Virus record (IMG/VR): IMGVR_UViG_3300012988_000018
Length of the DNA stretch: 64,000 bases
Strand: one strand, 5' to 3'
Source of the DNA: an uncultured virus (IMG/VR IMGVR_UViG_3300012988_000018)
Taxonomy: Duplodnaviria > Heunggongvirae > Uroviricota > Caudoviricetes
Below, in pieces: positions 37,284 to 47,312 of this stretch. The notes beneath the pieces are model-generated. The model searched no databases. It saw only the letters and a program-made list of their open reading frames with translations, and was not told where the DNA came from. Numbering within the stretch: the stretch's first letter is position 1; each line of letters opens with the position of its first letter. Position numbers and translations under genes: made by a program.

Positions 37284-37682
37284 CTACCCAACACCCGTCC
37301 AACCAGCGCTGCCGTCAGGAAGGGTGCCTGACAGCACAGGCATCTGACGAGCGTCAATGTTTGTCAGACCCGCACACAAGCTGTAATTTGGGGTCCCACC
37401 TTCACCTTGGATCCAAAGCTCTTTGACGCGTAGCTCTACGGTCACTACAGTGTTAGCTGGAACGATGAATTTGTTTGATCCGATCGTGCCTGCTCTCGTA
37501 AAACCAAATGACATCGTAGATGCACCTTGATTTGAGACGGTGATCGTTCTACTGATTTTCGGAAAGTCCCAACGTTGTGGTGAGCCTGCTGCTGGCGCGA
37601 CAGATGACGTGACCCACGGTAATGCTGAAGACTGAAACTCTGCTGCGTAGCCTAGGCCACCTCTTGGATTGTCAAACGTCAT
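37284..37682 (-). CDS. hypothetical virion protein
   Basis: Beta-rich 132-aa ORF between protease and def. Confidence 0.65.
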   Translation of the reverse strand: MTFDNPRGGLGYAAEFQSSALPWVTSSVAPAAGSPQRWDFPKISRTITVSNQGASTMSFGFTRAGTIGSNKFIVPANTVVTVELRVKELWIQGEGGTPNYSLCAGLTNIDARQMPVLSGTLPDGSAGWTGVG

Positions 37683-37686
37683 GTTA

Positions 37687-38292
37687 TCACTTCTTTCCTA
37701 ACAGCTCGTTCAAGATCCGATCGATCCTGTCAGACTTAGAAAAAACCTTTCGCAACTCGCTCTCATCGATTTGCCTGCCTTCAGGAAGCATGAAGGCCCC
37801 GGGCGTGGAAGGTTCGCTAACGAAATCCCAACAGATCAGTTGGAAATCATCTTGGACGATGTAGTAATCGCCTTGCTTGCGTGTCGATCCGACGCCACGA
37901 GAGCTGATGCCCAGCTTGACGCCGTGTTCGATCAGACCTTTGAGAATTGCGCCAGAAGGCGTCTTGTCAAGGATCTCAACCGTCCCAAAGACCGTGCCGT
38001 TCTCGATGTACGCTTCTCGGATCACGTGTGAGGCGTTCTTCAGGTTGACCACAGAAGAGTCAGGGTGATCGAGTTCACCCATGGCACGGTTCTCGATGAT
38101 GAACTTTTGGTAGTTCCTGACCTCGCGATCCAAGACAGCATGCGGATAGATGCGTCCGTTCTGGTTTAGAGTGTCTGCCTTCTGCAGGATGCCCTTCATC
38201 AGGATCTTGCCAGTCTTTTCGACTGACTCCTTGATCATCTCGGGCGTGTACTCGAAGATCTCGTAAGAGTTCAGTAACCTCATGTCAGTCAT
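37687..38292 (-). CDS. prohead protease (T4 gp21-like)
   Basis: NQNGRIYP, MGELDHP, GISSRGVGS, WDFVSEPSTPGA. Confidence 0.95.
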   Translation of the reverse strand: MTDMRLLNSYEIFEYTPEMIKESVEKTGKILMKGILQKADTLNQNGRIYPHAVLDREVRNYQKFIIENRAMGELDHPDSSVVNLKNASHVIREAYIENGTVFGTVEILDKTPSGAILKGLIEHGVKLGISSRGVGSTRKQGDYYIVQDDFQLICWDFVSEPSTPGAFMLPEGRQIDESELRKVFSKSDRIDRILNELLGKK

Positions 38293-39154
38293 TGTCAGTC
38301 TCCTTCGAACCGAGCTCTGCGGATAGCTTGGTGTACAGCATGAACCTCGTCACCGTATCGTCATTGACGATCTCTAGCGTCTCAGTTTGAAGTTGGTCTC
38401 GCGCCTCGACAAGCTTCTTGTTGAGGTACTCGTTTTGAGGGTTAGCCTCGTTGTATGAAGCGATCGATGATAGCAGGGTGTCCCTGATCTCTGTCAGCTT
38501 GAGTTTGATCGATCCCGGATCATCATTGGCTGTCGAAAAAGCATATGCCCTGAACAGAGCCTTCTGCTCGTCATTCAGGATGCCAGAATATTTCTCGTTG
38601 AGCTTTTTCATCATCACCTTCATCAGAAGGCGGCTCTCGCCCGGAGACTCCTCGATCACCAGGCGCTCTGGTTCAACTAAATTTTCAGTGGTCAAGCGTG
38701 CCATGAGTTGATCCTCGTACGAAGCCATACGCTCGAGGTCTGCATCACGTGAACGCCAATCATTCAAAAGCGTCTGAACCGTCGCTAGGAAGCGATACTC
38801 TGAGACCTGCTGATCGTAGAAATTCTCATCATTGATCAAGTGGTTGATATCACGAATGAGCATCGACTTTTGCCTGTCGAGCTCCTTGACGTTGTGAGCT
38901 CGCGCGGCTGCTTTCGCCTCGTGTAAGATGTTGGCAGCGACAGCTTGAGAGCTAACCGTCGTCTTTCTCAACGCGTGGACGAGCCTGAATTCCTTGTATA
39001 GCTCAGTTCCTGGCTTGAAGTGACGGCGGAGGATGCGAAGGGCCTGTGATGAGTTCTTTTCGTTACCCTCGACGAGCGAACGTGAAATGGTGGTTACCAG
39101 GAACTCGTACAGCAACGCGGTATTGCGCTTTTTGTTGTGTGTCTTGCTACTCAT
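38285..39154 (-). CDS. head-module protein between portal and protease
   Basis: HNKKRNTALLYEFL; helical; start probably 39154 or 39160. Confidence 0.7.
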   Translation of the reverse strand: MSSKTHNKKRNTALLYEFLVTTISRSLVEGNEKNSSQALRILRRHFKPGTELYKEFRLVHALRKTTVSSQAVAANILHEAKAAARAHNVKELDRQKSMLIRDINHLINDENFYDQQVSEYRFLATVQTLLNDWRSRDADLERMASYEDQLMARLTTENLVEPERLVIEESPGESRLLMKVMMKKLNEKYSGILNDEQKALFRAYAFSTANDDPGSIKLKLTEIRDTLLSSIASYNEANPQNEYLNKKLVEARDQLQTETLEIVNDDTVTRFMLYTKLSAELGSKETDND

Positions 39155-41261
39155 CGTCATCCTCGGTATCGTCGAAGTCAAGTTCGTCATCCGTATCGTC
39201 AATGATAAATACTTCGTTCGTGCTCGTGTTATGAGATCCACGATCAACGTTCTCGCCTAACAGCGAGATGCCTTCATCGATCTCGTCTTGAACATCGACC
39301 TCTTCTGACTCAGCGATGACACCACCGTCAGCCGCCCTGTTCATCTTCAACGCAGACGTCATGCGACGTAACGTAGACCACAGATCGGGAGCGAGGCCAC
39401 CGAAAGGTGACCTTGAGACGACCTTCGCCTCTCCAAACGGATTTGACACGACGGACTTCATCCACTCAGACCCAGTGGGATCTTTCATGGCATCGTTATC
39501 GATGCCAGTCATCTTGACAAAGTCAGGCATGTGAGTTTTTGCGGGACCGTGATTTTGGATCCTAGAACGATTGTATTCGTAGTTTTTCTGTGATTGGTTC
39601 TTGGGCTTGATTGGCCTGTCGTTATCACCATCGTTCAGTGACATCTTCAGTGCAAAGTCCTCACCGTCTTCCTGATCATCGTCTGATGTCAGTAATTCAA
39701 CGCCGGGCCTGATCTCTTCTTCAGCTTCCTCACCAGCGTTTTCTTCAGGAGGCGTCTCTTCTTCGCCGCCCGCCTCGGGCTCCTCGCTACCGCCTCCGAA
39801 AAGATCATCAGCGCCGCCGCTCTCCCCGCCAGAATCACCGCCCTCACCGCCTGCCTCGATAGCAGCATCAGTCTTTTTCTCTCTCATGCGTTGGGCATCG
39901 ATCTCATCGATCTCTTCTTCACTCAATCCCCAAATCTCATGCATGACAAAGAACTTGCTTCCCATGCCTTCCGGTAACGAACCACCGATCTCAAACTTAG
40001 CACGCCACAGCTCTAGCTTCTGCTGTTGGGCTACAGTCGATGGGTTCGACAGGCGCAAGGTGAAGTTTTGTAGGTCCTCACCGTCATACCCATGAGCGTA
40101 CAGGTGAATGATAGCCAGCTTGTTGAGCTCAGCGAGCATCGTCTTTTGGATGACGTTGATCGTACGTGAGAACCTGATGTCCTCTTGTGCTAGCGTCGCC
40201 TTGCTGCTAAGCATCTCATCGTAACCGAGATACGCTCGTGGGATCTTCAAAGCAGCAAACAGCTTCTTTTGGATGTAAGCGACGTCCTCAACAGCAGCTG
40301 TGTTCTGGCCACCTGCTAACGTGTCGATGCGAGTACCGGTATCGTTACCACGGACTGGGATGAAATAATCCTCGTCAACGCTCAATGGGTTGTAACGAAG
40401 GTCGACCCGACCCGTCTGGTTATCGATCACCTGGCTCGTCCTGAGGTTCTTGCGTTGTTCTTCAACGTACATCGGTACGTTCTCAGGTGGCACGTTAGCA
40501 ACGTCAATGTAAAACACGCGTCGCTCAGGAGCTCTGACCACGCGATACACTAGCATGGCGTCTTCAATCAGGATCAGCTGGCGCCAGATGCGGCGAGCGG
40601 GCTCAATGACAGAAGAGCCGTACGGCAAGAACATGTCATTGCCTAACAGGCGAAAGTGTGTGACCTCCCAGTTTTCTAGGGTCCTGTTGCCGAGCGTCAC
40701 CCAGCGGTAACGGACAGCAAAAGGATCATCACGGTCGTAATTCTCCTCACGCTCGATCTCATTGACAGGGATCGGAAACGCGTTGACGACGCCATACTCT
40801 GGCGACACGTCATTATAGAGAAAGAAGTCTCCGTACTTGACAAGGTTACGAGCCCACGAACGAAGGTTGAACTCAACGTTCAAGACGTTGTAGAACAGGT
40901 CCTCAAGCACCTGTTTGACCTTCTCGTTGTCAGAGTAGACGTGAAGGACACGACCCTTATCGTCTTGAGCACACGTCTCATCAGCATAGATGTCAAGAGC
41001 GGCAGCGATCTCAGGAGTGTATTCCATCTCCTGGAAATCCTGGTAACGCATCAATCGCTCGCTCAAGTTGTAAGCGTTAGACGTGATGGTCGCATATGTC
41101 GGAGAGAGCGACTTCTGAAACAGCAGCGTGCCAGACGACTTCGTCTTGTCAGCCATCGCTAGTGTGGTGTCTAGCGCGCGGATCTTCCGCTTGACTACAG
41201 GACCGCTACGAAACAGTCGCGTCAGTCGTCGGAAAAGACTCTTGCTTTCTTTTTTTGCCAT
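39147..41261 (-). CDS. portal protein (T4 gp20-like)
   Basis: PEIAAALDIYADE, EDAMLVYRVVRAPERRVFYIDV, EDYFIP, IDTLAGG, KKLFAALKIP. Confidence 0.96.
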   Translation of the reverse strand: MAKKESKSLFRRLTRLFRSGPVVKRKIRALDTTLAMADKTKSSGTLLFQKSLSPTYATITSNAYNLSERLMRYQDFQEMEYTPEIAAALDIYADETCAQDDKGRVLHVYSDNEKVKQVLEDLFYNVLNVEFNLRSWARNLVKYGDFFLYNDVSPEYGVVNAFPIPVNEIEREENYDRDDPFAVRYRWVTLGNRTLENWEVTHFRLLGNDMFLPYGSSVIEPARRIWRQLILIEDAMLVYRVVRAPERRVFYIDVANVPPENVPMYVEEQRKNLRTSQVIDNQTGRVDLRYNPLSVDEDYFIPVRGNDTGTRIDTLAGGQNTAAVEDVAYIQKKLFAALKIPRAYLGYDEMLSSKATLAQEDIRFSRTINVIQKTMLAELNKLAIIHLYAHGYDGEDLQNFTLRLSNPSTVAQQQKLELWRAKFEIGGSLPEGMGSKFFVMHEIWGLSEEEIDEIDAQRMREKKTDAAIEAGGEGGDSGGESGGADDLFGGGSEEPEAGGEEETPPEENAGEEAEEEIRPGVELLTSDDDQEDGEDFALKMSLNDGDNDRPIKPKNQSQKNYEYNRSRIQNHGPAKTHMPDFVKMTGIDNDAMKDPTGSEWMKSVVSNPFGEAKVVSRSPFGGLAPDLWSTLRRMTSALKMNRAADGGVIAESEEVDVQDEIDEGISLLGENVDRGSHNTSTNEVFIIDDTDDELDFDDTEDDDE

Positions 41262-41341
41262 TCTCTACCCTTCCATTCAGTTAGGGCTATCGTGATTGTA
41301 GAGCATCAGAGCGCTTCGTATATCAAGCGCTGACTCTATGC

Positions 41342-41647
41342 TCAGGACTTAGACTTGACAGCCTTGAGCGTCACCTTTTTGGGTTCGACCTTGGGACGAG
41401 CGACGTATGACCCAGGAGTCTCGACCATGTTTTCTAAGACACGTTCGAGCTCATCAAGGTGTGGAGTCACAGCATTGATAGCTGACGGAGGGGCACCTTC
41501 TCTGAAGGCTTCGACAGCAGCTAAGAGCTTGCTAGCGCCAGCTACGACCTTGTTGATGCCAGCATGGTCGACGCGTTCGTTCAAATTCGTCAGTTCTTCT
41601 TTGATGATCTTACGAAGATCATTGATATTGAGCTTTGATTGCGTCAT
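41342..41647 (-). CDS. small protein with leader motif
   Basis: KLNINDLRKIIKEELTNLNE; ATACTTA upstream. Confidence 0.7.
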   Translation of the reverse strand: MTQSKLNINDLRKIIKEELTNLNERVDHAGINKVVAGASKLLAAVEAFREGAPPSAINAVTPHLDELERVLENMVETPGSYVARPKVEPKKVTLKAVKSKS

Positions 41648-41678
41648 CGACGTCCTCTTGTACCTTTAAGTATCTCTG

Positions 41679-43301
41679 TCAGCGGAACAGCCACGAAAAA
41701 TCAGAATGATCCCTGCTTCTCACCGATGATGTCGATGGATTTTGAGGCCTGTGAACCAGATGAGGATTGAAGCCTCTGATCGCTGGGTTGACGAGCGGTT
41801 GTGCTGACTGGATGTTGCCCGGCAAGGTGCTCTGGTCGCGGCTCTGTTTGCCTGTCGCAGCTAGCATGGCATATGCCATCGCAACCTGTTGTTGGTTGAT
41901 CGTTGATCCACCTTCAATCAACCAACAACCGATCGCTAGGCTCATGATCAGGTCGTCATAGCTGTCTTTCGAGGCCATGGGTTTATTGCCATTCCAGACG
42001 AACGCTTGAAGTTGATCGTACAAGCGTTGCGAGTAGGTCTTCAGTTGACCGTTTCTGATCAGCTCTTCGAGCTTTGAGAGGATCTGAACGCGTGTCTTTT
42101 GGACGGTCGGAAAACCGGGCAGCTCGTTAGGGTCGTTTGGTACGTAACTGAACGGATCACCCTTGTTGTTGTGATAGTACAATCGCTTGTAACCCATGTC
42201 ACGTAGTTTCGTGTTGACGAAGTAACCAAACGTGTTGTTCTCAGGGATCAAAAGAGCATCGCTGTACTTCTTTCCCCACTCTGCCATCAGGTCAGCGAGC
42301 TTTTCAGGAGGTATCTTACCCATGTACTCAGCTGCGACCTCACACTCTTCTGTGTCGATCACGTGGAAGGCAGAGAAATCTCGAGCGTCACCACGAGCAA
42401 TGTCAGCAGAGATCACGTATTGTCGACCAGGAACGGGATACGACCAGATCCAGATGTCCCTCTTCTCACCCGCCTTCTCGATGGGAGGCATGATGTTGAC
42501 ACGTAACAGCTCTAGCTCTGTCGGTTGAAGGAACGTATCGCCTGAGGCGATGAAGTCACACAAGTACTCTTGAGCGACCTTTTTCTTGGGAAGGTTGCGG
42601 GTCTCCTTGTCAAACCAGGCCTGATCATGCTCAGGATGCTGGTACCACATGATCCGGATCGCATTGAACCCGTTCTGTCCTGCCTCTGCTTCTGTCCATA
42701 GGCTGTAATATTGACCGCCCACGCCGTTTGGCGTTGATAAGATCACAGCTCGACCACCCGTTGAGAGGGTCGGTGACAGGCCAGCCCAGATGTCATCAAA
42801 GTCCCTAATGAACGCAGCCTCATCGACAATGAGAAGCGACAGTGCCTCAGAGCGACCAGCGTCATCTGACGTTGGGACCGCCTTGATCTGAGAACCGTTG
42901 CTAAACGTGATCTGTTGCTTGCTAGGCTCGAACCTGGGAAGGAGAAGCCACTTGGGAAGGTTCTGCAAGATGACTGCGACCTTCTTAATGAAGTTCATGG
43001 CCGTGGGTAGCTTGGTCGCGATGACCAAGACGTTCTTGTCTTTCTGAAAGATAGCCATCCAGACCGCGTAAGCAGCACAGACCGTCGACAAACCTAGCTG
43101 CCTAGACTTCAGGATGATGTTCAGGCGATGTTCTTGGAATGCCTTTACACACTCATCCTGAAAATCGTACGTATCAAATGGGATAGTTCCCCGGGTCGGG
43201 TGTTGGATCTTCGTGTACGTCTTGATGAAATACGCAGGATCCTTGCCGCAACGAATGATCTCTTTGACCTGTTCGTCACGTGTAAAGTTTGGTGCAGCCA
43301 T
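41679..43301 (-). CDS. terminase large subunit
   Basis: KSRQLGLS, LLIVDEAAFI, LSTPNG, ADIARG, PENN, YDDLIMS. Confidence 0.96.
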   Translation of the reverse strand: MAAPNFTRDEQVKEIIRCGKDPAYFIKTYTKIQHPTRGTIPFDTYDFQDECVKAFQEHRLNIILKSRQLGLSTVCAAYAVWMAIFQKDKNVLVIATKLPTAMNFIKKVAVILQNLPKWLLLPRFEPSKQQITFSNGSQIKAVPTSDDAGRSEALSLLIVDEAAFIRDFDDIWAGLSPTLSTGGRAVILSTPNGVGGQYYSLWTEAEAGQNGFNAIRIMWYQHPEHDQAWFDKETRNLPKKKVAQEYLCDFIASGDTFLQPTELELLRVNIMPPIEKAGEKRDIWIWSYPVPGRQYVISADIARGDARDFSAFHVIDTEECEVAAEYMGKIPPEKLADLMAEWGKKYSDALLIPENNTFGYFVNTKLRDMGYKRLYYHNNKGDPFSYVPNDPNELPGFPTVQKTRVQILSKLEELIRNGQLKTYSQRLYDQLQAFVWNGNKPMASKDSYDDLIMSLAIGCWLIEGGSTINQQQVAMAYAMLAATGKQSRDQSTLPGNIQSAQPLVNPAIRGFNPHLVHRPQNPSTSSVRSRDHSDFSWLFR

Positions 43302-43690
43302 TATCCTAACTCGAATACCGCCTTACGCCTATAGTACGCTGTGCGGCGGGCGTTATGACAGTTGAAATTGATGATCTCTAGGGAGTCAGCCTCTCCATCC
43401 TTGAGGGCTTTCGTAGACAACGCAGATCCAGTCAGGTCCTTGTAATTGCCCTTAACGCTCTTGATGACGGCGGCGACAACGCTGTCAGCCTCAGAAGCGT
43501 AAGCACGCTTCATCTCGATCATCTGCCTCTCGGTCCCAAAGTTAACGATCGCAGCGTACGACACCAGCATGCGATCGGGACCCAACAGTGAGATCTTCAC
43601 TGAGTATGAGGCTGTTTTTGGTGTCGAAGACCTCCCCCAGGTCGTGTCGATCGACTGTCCTAGTGCGTTGAAATCAATGTTATCTGCCAT
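43301..43690 (-). CDS. hypothetical protein
   Basis: Coupled to terminase; ATATTTA upstream. Confidence 0.7.
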   Translation of the reverse strand: MADNIDFNALGQSIDTTWGRSSTPKTASYSVKISLLGPDRMLVSYAAIVNFGTERQMIEMKRAYASEADSVVAAVIKSVKGNYKDLTGSALSTKALKDGEADSLEIINFNCHNARRTAYYRRKAVFELG

Positions 43691-43732
43691 AGCGTCGGGG
43701 CTCCCCAACGTAAATATGGCAGTGCTTACGGT

Positions 43733-44029
43733 CTAATCAACGTCAAAGACAACGAACATCGGAGGACGTTGAGAAACGACGTCTTTGACCTGGTCAGGAG
43801 ACGGGCGCCAGCCTTCTTGCCACTCTTTTCTCCGAGGGTGTGCCCACTGCAAGGCACAAAGGTGACAGCAGGCAAACTCGAGATACGCTGTCTCGTCATC
43901 ACGTGAACGAAACAGTCTGTCACAGACCTGACACGACAGTGGGATAGGAGCCGAGGCTCCAACAGGAACGATGACAAAGAAGCCTTCGGGTCGTTCTTCT
44001 ATCAGACGATCTCTGAGATAGGGTCGCAT
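43733..44029 (-). CDS. small Cys-rich protein
   Basis: CQVC...CCHLC...WQEGWRP; coupled to SbcC. Confidence 0.65.
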   Translation of the reverse strand: MRPYLRDRLIEERPEGFFVIVPVGASAPIPLSCQVCDRLFRSRDDETAYLEFACCHLCALQWAHPRRKEWQEGWRPSPDQVKDVVSQRPPMFVVFDVD

Positions 44030-46608
44030 CAGACGTACGTTACCCTTGCGTCCTTCTCGTTCTTGGTGACATCGATGACCAGGTCTGCAGCGTCCTTGAC
44101 GCCTTCGACGTGAGTGATGACGATGACCATCCTGAAATAACGCTTCAATGACGTCAACAATCGATTACATGCCTCGACGCCTGCGTCATCCAGCGCGCCA
44201 AAGCCCTCGTCGATGATGAACATGTCGGTCTTTGGAAGCGATGACACGTTGATCAACGCCACACGAATGGCGACTGAAGCAACCATCTTTTCCATGCCAG
44301 ACCCGAGTTCGATGATGCGTCGCGAGTCACCATAGTTGATGTAGATCTCTGTCGAGTCGCTGTCATCGTCCGTCTCAAGCTCGACAGTGAAGTCAACGAT
44401 TCCCTGCAAGATCTTTGCGATCTCTGCGTTGATGATCGGCAATTGAGATCTCGTGATGACGCTCGGAATGCCACGACGAGAAAACGCCGAGGTAACCAAC
44501 TCATACGCCCTCATCTTCTTAAGGATCTCTTCACGTTGGTGACGCTCGCCAGCATGCTTGTCAATGATCGTTTGTACCCTGCCTCGCTCAGTTGCTAGCA
44601 GCAGCTTCTCGGTATCGAGACGCTTAGAGGCCGCTTGAAGGGCATCGATTTCTGTCCTAAGGGAAACCACCTCAGCGTTTTCCTCATTTTTGAGGGCCTC
44701 CTCAAGTTCCTGGAGCTTGCTCTGGACGGGCTTTAGGGCGACGCTAGTGTTCTCAAAGTCAGTCTCTAACCGAACGAGCTTGACGTGCTTTGTCGAGATC
44801 TCTACCTTCAGCTTCGAGTGCATTTCGTGAAGCTGCTCTACCTTGTTTACTCGATCGCTTAGGTTCTCCTGTTTCAGGACCTGGAGTGCCTCTTCTGCAC
44901 GTTGGAGCTTCTCGAGCGCCTTTGTTGACCTTTCACGCTGGGGATCAACCTTGTCCTTCACCAGGTGAGCGTCCTTGATAAACTTGCAGCTTGGAAACTT
45001 GTCACCACACGGCACGTCATCAAGGATCTTCAGCGATCGTTCCTGCTGTTTCAGAAGCGAAGCCTCCTTTTCGTGTGAGTGTTTCAAAGCAATGACTGAG
45101 GCCTCTAGCGTTCGATACGCCTCGAGCCTACGTTTCAGATCAACCAGGTTATGCTCTTTCTGAAATTCATCGATCTTTTCGACTCGAGCGTTCAGTTTTT
45201 CAGACTCATCCTTGTTTCGCTCGATCTGTTGTGATAAGCTGTCGAGCTGCTCTGACATCGTCGTGACACGAACGCGCATCGCTTCGACCTGAGACTTCGT
45301 CACTGGAGTGAAGTCCTTGTGTGAAGCAAGGGTACGTCGAAGTTGTTCGAGCTGGTCGTTCAGCTCGCCGAGTTTGGTCTGCTTGATCTCGATCTGTTCG
45401 TCACAATTCTCGATCTGCTGGTAACACTGTGTGTCTAGCGCCATCCAGTCCCTGTCAGGTAGGGACTTCAGCACGGCTTTTGTCGCATTCAGGTCGTTCT
45501 TTCCGAGATCGTACATCTTGTCAAAGATGTCAAGATCGAGGAACCGAGCGAGGATCTGGCGGCGGCGGGTCGAACCTTGCGATATGAATAGCTTGATCTC
45601 GTCCTGAGCTGACAACGACGTGAGCAAGAAATCATCAGGAGTGCCGATCAGCTTTCGGATCACTTTCTCAGTATCGTTACGCTGTTCACCAGCTAGGTCA
45701 ATGGCCTCTCCGTCCTCCATGCGGAAAACGTTAAGAGCCGTCGACGCATTAATTTTCCCACGCTTGTCCTCGCTCTTGGTGGTCTGTCGCTCGATAACGT
45801 AGTCCGTTCCGTCAACGTTGATGACGCCTCGAGCGTAACAATACGGCTTACGAGCGTTGACAACGTGAAGGTTTTTTATCGAACCACGGTCAGTGCTGTT
45901 GTGAAGCATGTACATGATCGTGCCGACGATCGATGACTTGCCCGACCTGTTAGGTCCAAAGATCCCTACGATGCCATTTAAGTTCTCAAAATTGATGACG
46001 TTACCTTCGCCGTAAGCGAGGGTGTTGTCAAACTTCAAGTGCCTCAACGACCACTTAGTGTTCCGAACAATCTCATCAGCACCAAAGAAGGCAAGGTAAC
46101 TCTTCACCAGATCATGAACGCTGTTCCATGTCTCTTCTGTGACGTTTGCTTGGTGATGATACTCTTTCAGTAACCTAACCAACACGTCTGGGTTCCTGAG
46201 ATCATCTTTTACGACCTGTGTCGTTCCAGAAGAGATGATAATGTCACGTTTGACGTGGTGATCTGTCTTGAACGTGACCTCAGTCGCGTTCAACGCTTCC
46301 TTGAGGCTGTGACCGATCTCGACCACGTCCCTTTGCGAGAGCTGGTCGTGGCTGTAGATCCTGAAACGACTGGATGGTGAGAAGTTCTTCTTAGCAAACT
46401 CAACGGTGCTGATGACGTCGCCTTGCCAGTCGACGGTCACGAACGGGCGGGGGTTTGGCAACTCAATGAACTTGACATCGAAGTCATCGCGCGCCCCTAG
46501 ATCCCATTGCAAGAAACCGTGAACGGTGTCCTCAGCATAATTCTGTTGGACAGTAGATCCAGGATAGCCGATCCATCCCTTTTTCCACTTGATGCGAAGC
46601 TTCGTCAC
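44029..46608 (-). CDS. SbcC/Rad50 (gp46-like) ATPase fused to the C-terminal part of the SbcD nuclease
   Basis: N-terminal IGYPGSTVQQNYAE; Walker A GPNRSGKS; coiled coil with CGDKFPSC; GSGME; IIDEGFGALD; GTG start after GAGGAG. Confidence 0.9.
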   Translation of the reverse strand: MTKLRIKWKKGWIGYPGSTVQQNYAEDTVHGFLQWDLGARDDFDVKFIELPNPRPFVTVDWQGDVISTVEFAKKNFSPSSRFRIYSHDQLSQRDVVEIGHSLKEALNATEVTFKTDHHVKRDIIISSGTTQVVKDDLRNPDVLVRLLKEYHHQANVTEETWNSVHDLVKSYLAFFGADEIVRNTKWSLRHLKFDNTLAYGEGNVINFENLNGIVGIFGPNRSGKSSIVGTIMYMLHNSTDRGSIKNLHVVNARKPYCYARGVINVDGTDYVIERQTTKSEDKRGKINASTALNVFRMEDGEAIDLAGEQRNDTEKVIRKLIGTPDDFLLTSLSAQDEIKLFISQGSTRRRQILARFLDLDIFDKMYDLGKNDLNATKAVLKSLPDRDWMALDTQCYQQIENCDEQIEIKQTKLGELNDQLEQLRRTLASHKDFTPVTKSQVEAMRVRVTTMSEQLDSLSQQIERNKDESEKLNARVEKIDEFQKEHNLVDLKRRLEAYRTLEASVIALKHSHEKEASLLKQQERSLKILDDVPCGDKFPSCKFIKDAHLVKDKVDPQRERSTKALEKLQRAEEALQVLKQENLSDRVNKVEQLHEMHSKLKVEISTKHVKLVRLETDFENTSVALKPVQSKLQELEEALKNEENAEVVSLRTEIDALQAASKRLDTEKLLLATERGRVQTIIDKHAGERHQREEILKKMRAYELVTSAFSRRGIPSVITRSQLPIINAEIAKILQGIVDFTVELETDDDSDSTEIYINYGDSRRIIELGSGMEKMVASVAIRVALINVSSLPKTDMFIIDEGFGALDDAGVEACNRLLTSLKRYFRMVIVITHVEGVKDAADLVIDVTKNEKDARVTYV

Positions 46609-46609
46609 G

Positions 46610-47266
46610 TTATCCGATCTCCTCTATCACCTCTGCGCCTGGGTACTTACCGATGTCGTCTTTATCGATCACGATCTCAACGTCACGGTAACCCAAGAAC
46701 TGCATCCGATGAATGTCACCCAAGAAGACGAAATCATACTCCTTGAAGAAGTCAACCGTTAAGCCGTCCTCGATCAACCAGTCGCTCTCTGTCTTGGCTC
46801 CCCACACCGGCCCATGATAGCAAGCGATGTTGATCTTTCCCGGAAGAGGCTTTACGCTCTTCCAACCAACCTCGTCAAAGAGGCTGAAAATGCACCAGGT
46901 GTAACCAGGCGCGAATTCATAGACACCGCTGTTCTTGTAGAGATGGATCTTCGGACTACGTAAGGCATTAACGATGGGCGTGATGGCGTCTTGCCTGGAG
47001 AGATTGACTAGGTTTCCATCGTGGTTTCCCAACGTCAGATGGAGCTCAGCGCATGATGACAACGTCTCAAGCCACCAAGACAGGACCTCGATGTACTCTG
47101 GGCTTAGTCCTGATGTCTTCGTGTGAAAAATGTCGCCACCGACGAACACGTGTTGAACGTTGTTTGCTTTGACCTGTTCTGCGAACGCTTCAAAGACTAA
47201 CCGATACTCTTCGTGTCTTGAGAGGCCTCTCCAGTGTACGTCAGCAATGTGAGCGATCCTGAGCAT
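46610..47266 (-). CDS. SbcD/Mre11 (gp47-like) metallophosphoesterase, N-terminal part
   Basis: IADVH, GGDIFH, LGNHD, CYHG, LGDIH; stops before the YPGS segment. Confidence 0.9.
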   Translation of the reverse strand: MLRIAHIADVHWRGLSRHEEYRLVFEAFAEQVKANNVQHVFVGGDIFHTKTSGLSPEYIEVLSWWLETLSSCAELHLTLGNHDGNLVNLSRQDAITPIVNALRSPKIHLYKNSGVYEFAPGYTWCIFSLFDEVGWKSVKPLPGKINIACYHGPVWGAKTESDWLIEDGLTVDFFKEYDFVFLGDIHRMQFLGYRDVEIVIDKDDIGKYPGAEVIEEIG

Positions 47267-47312
47267 GCAGTTACTTTAATAGTGTACTGCATGATCGATA
47301 AGCTGTTCAAAA

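Noticed and set aside
46560..46720. Split intein or T4 gene-60-style bypass at the SbcD break
   Set aside because: No Cys/Ser...His-Asn intein ends; the downstream ORF has its own RBS and start, so two chains is simpler (bypass not fully excluded)
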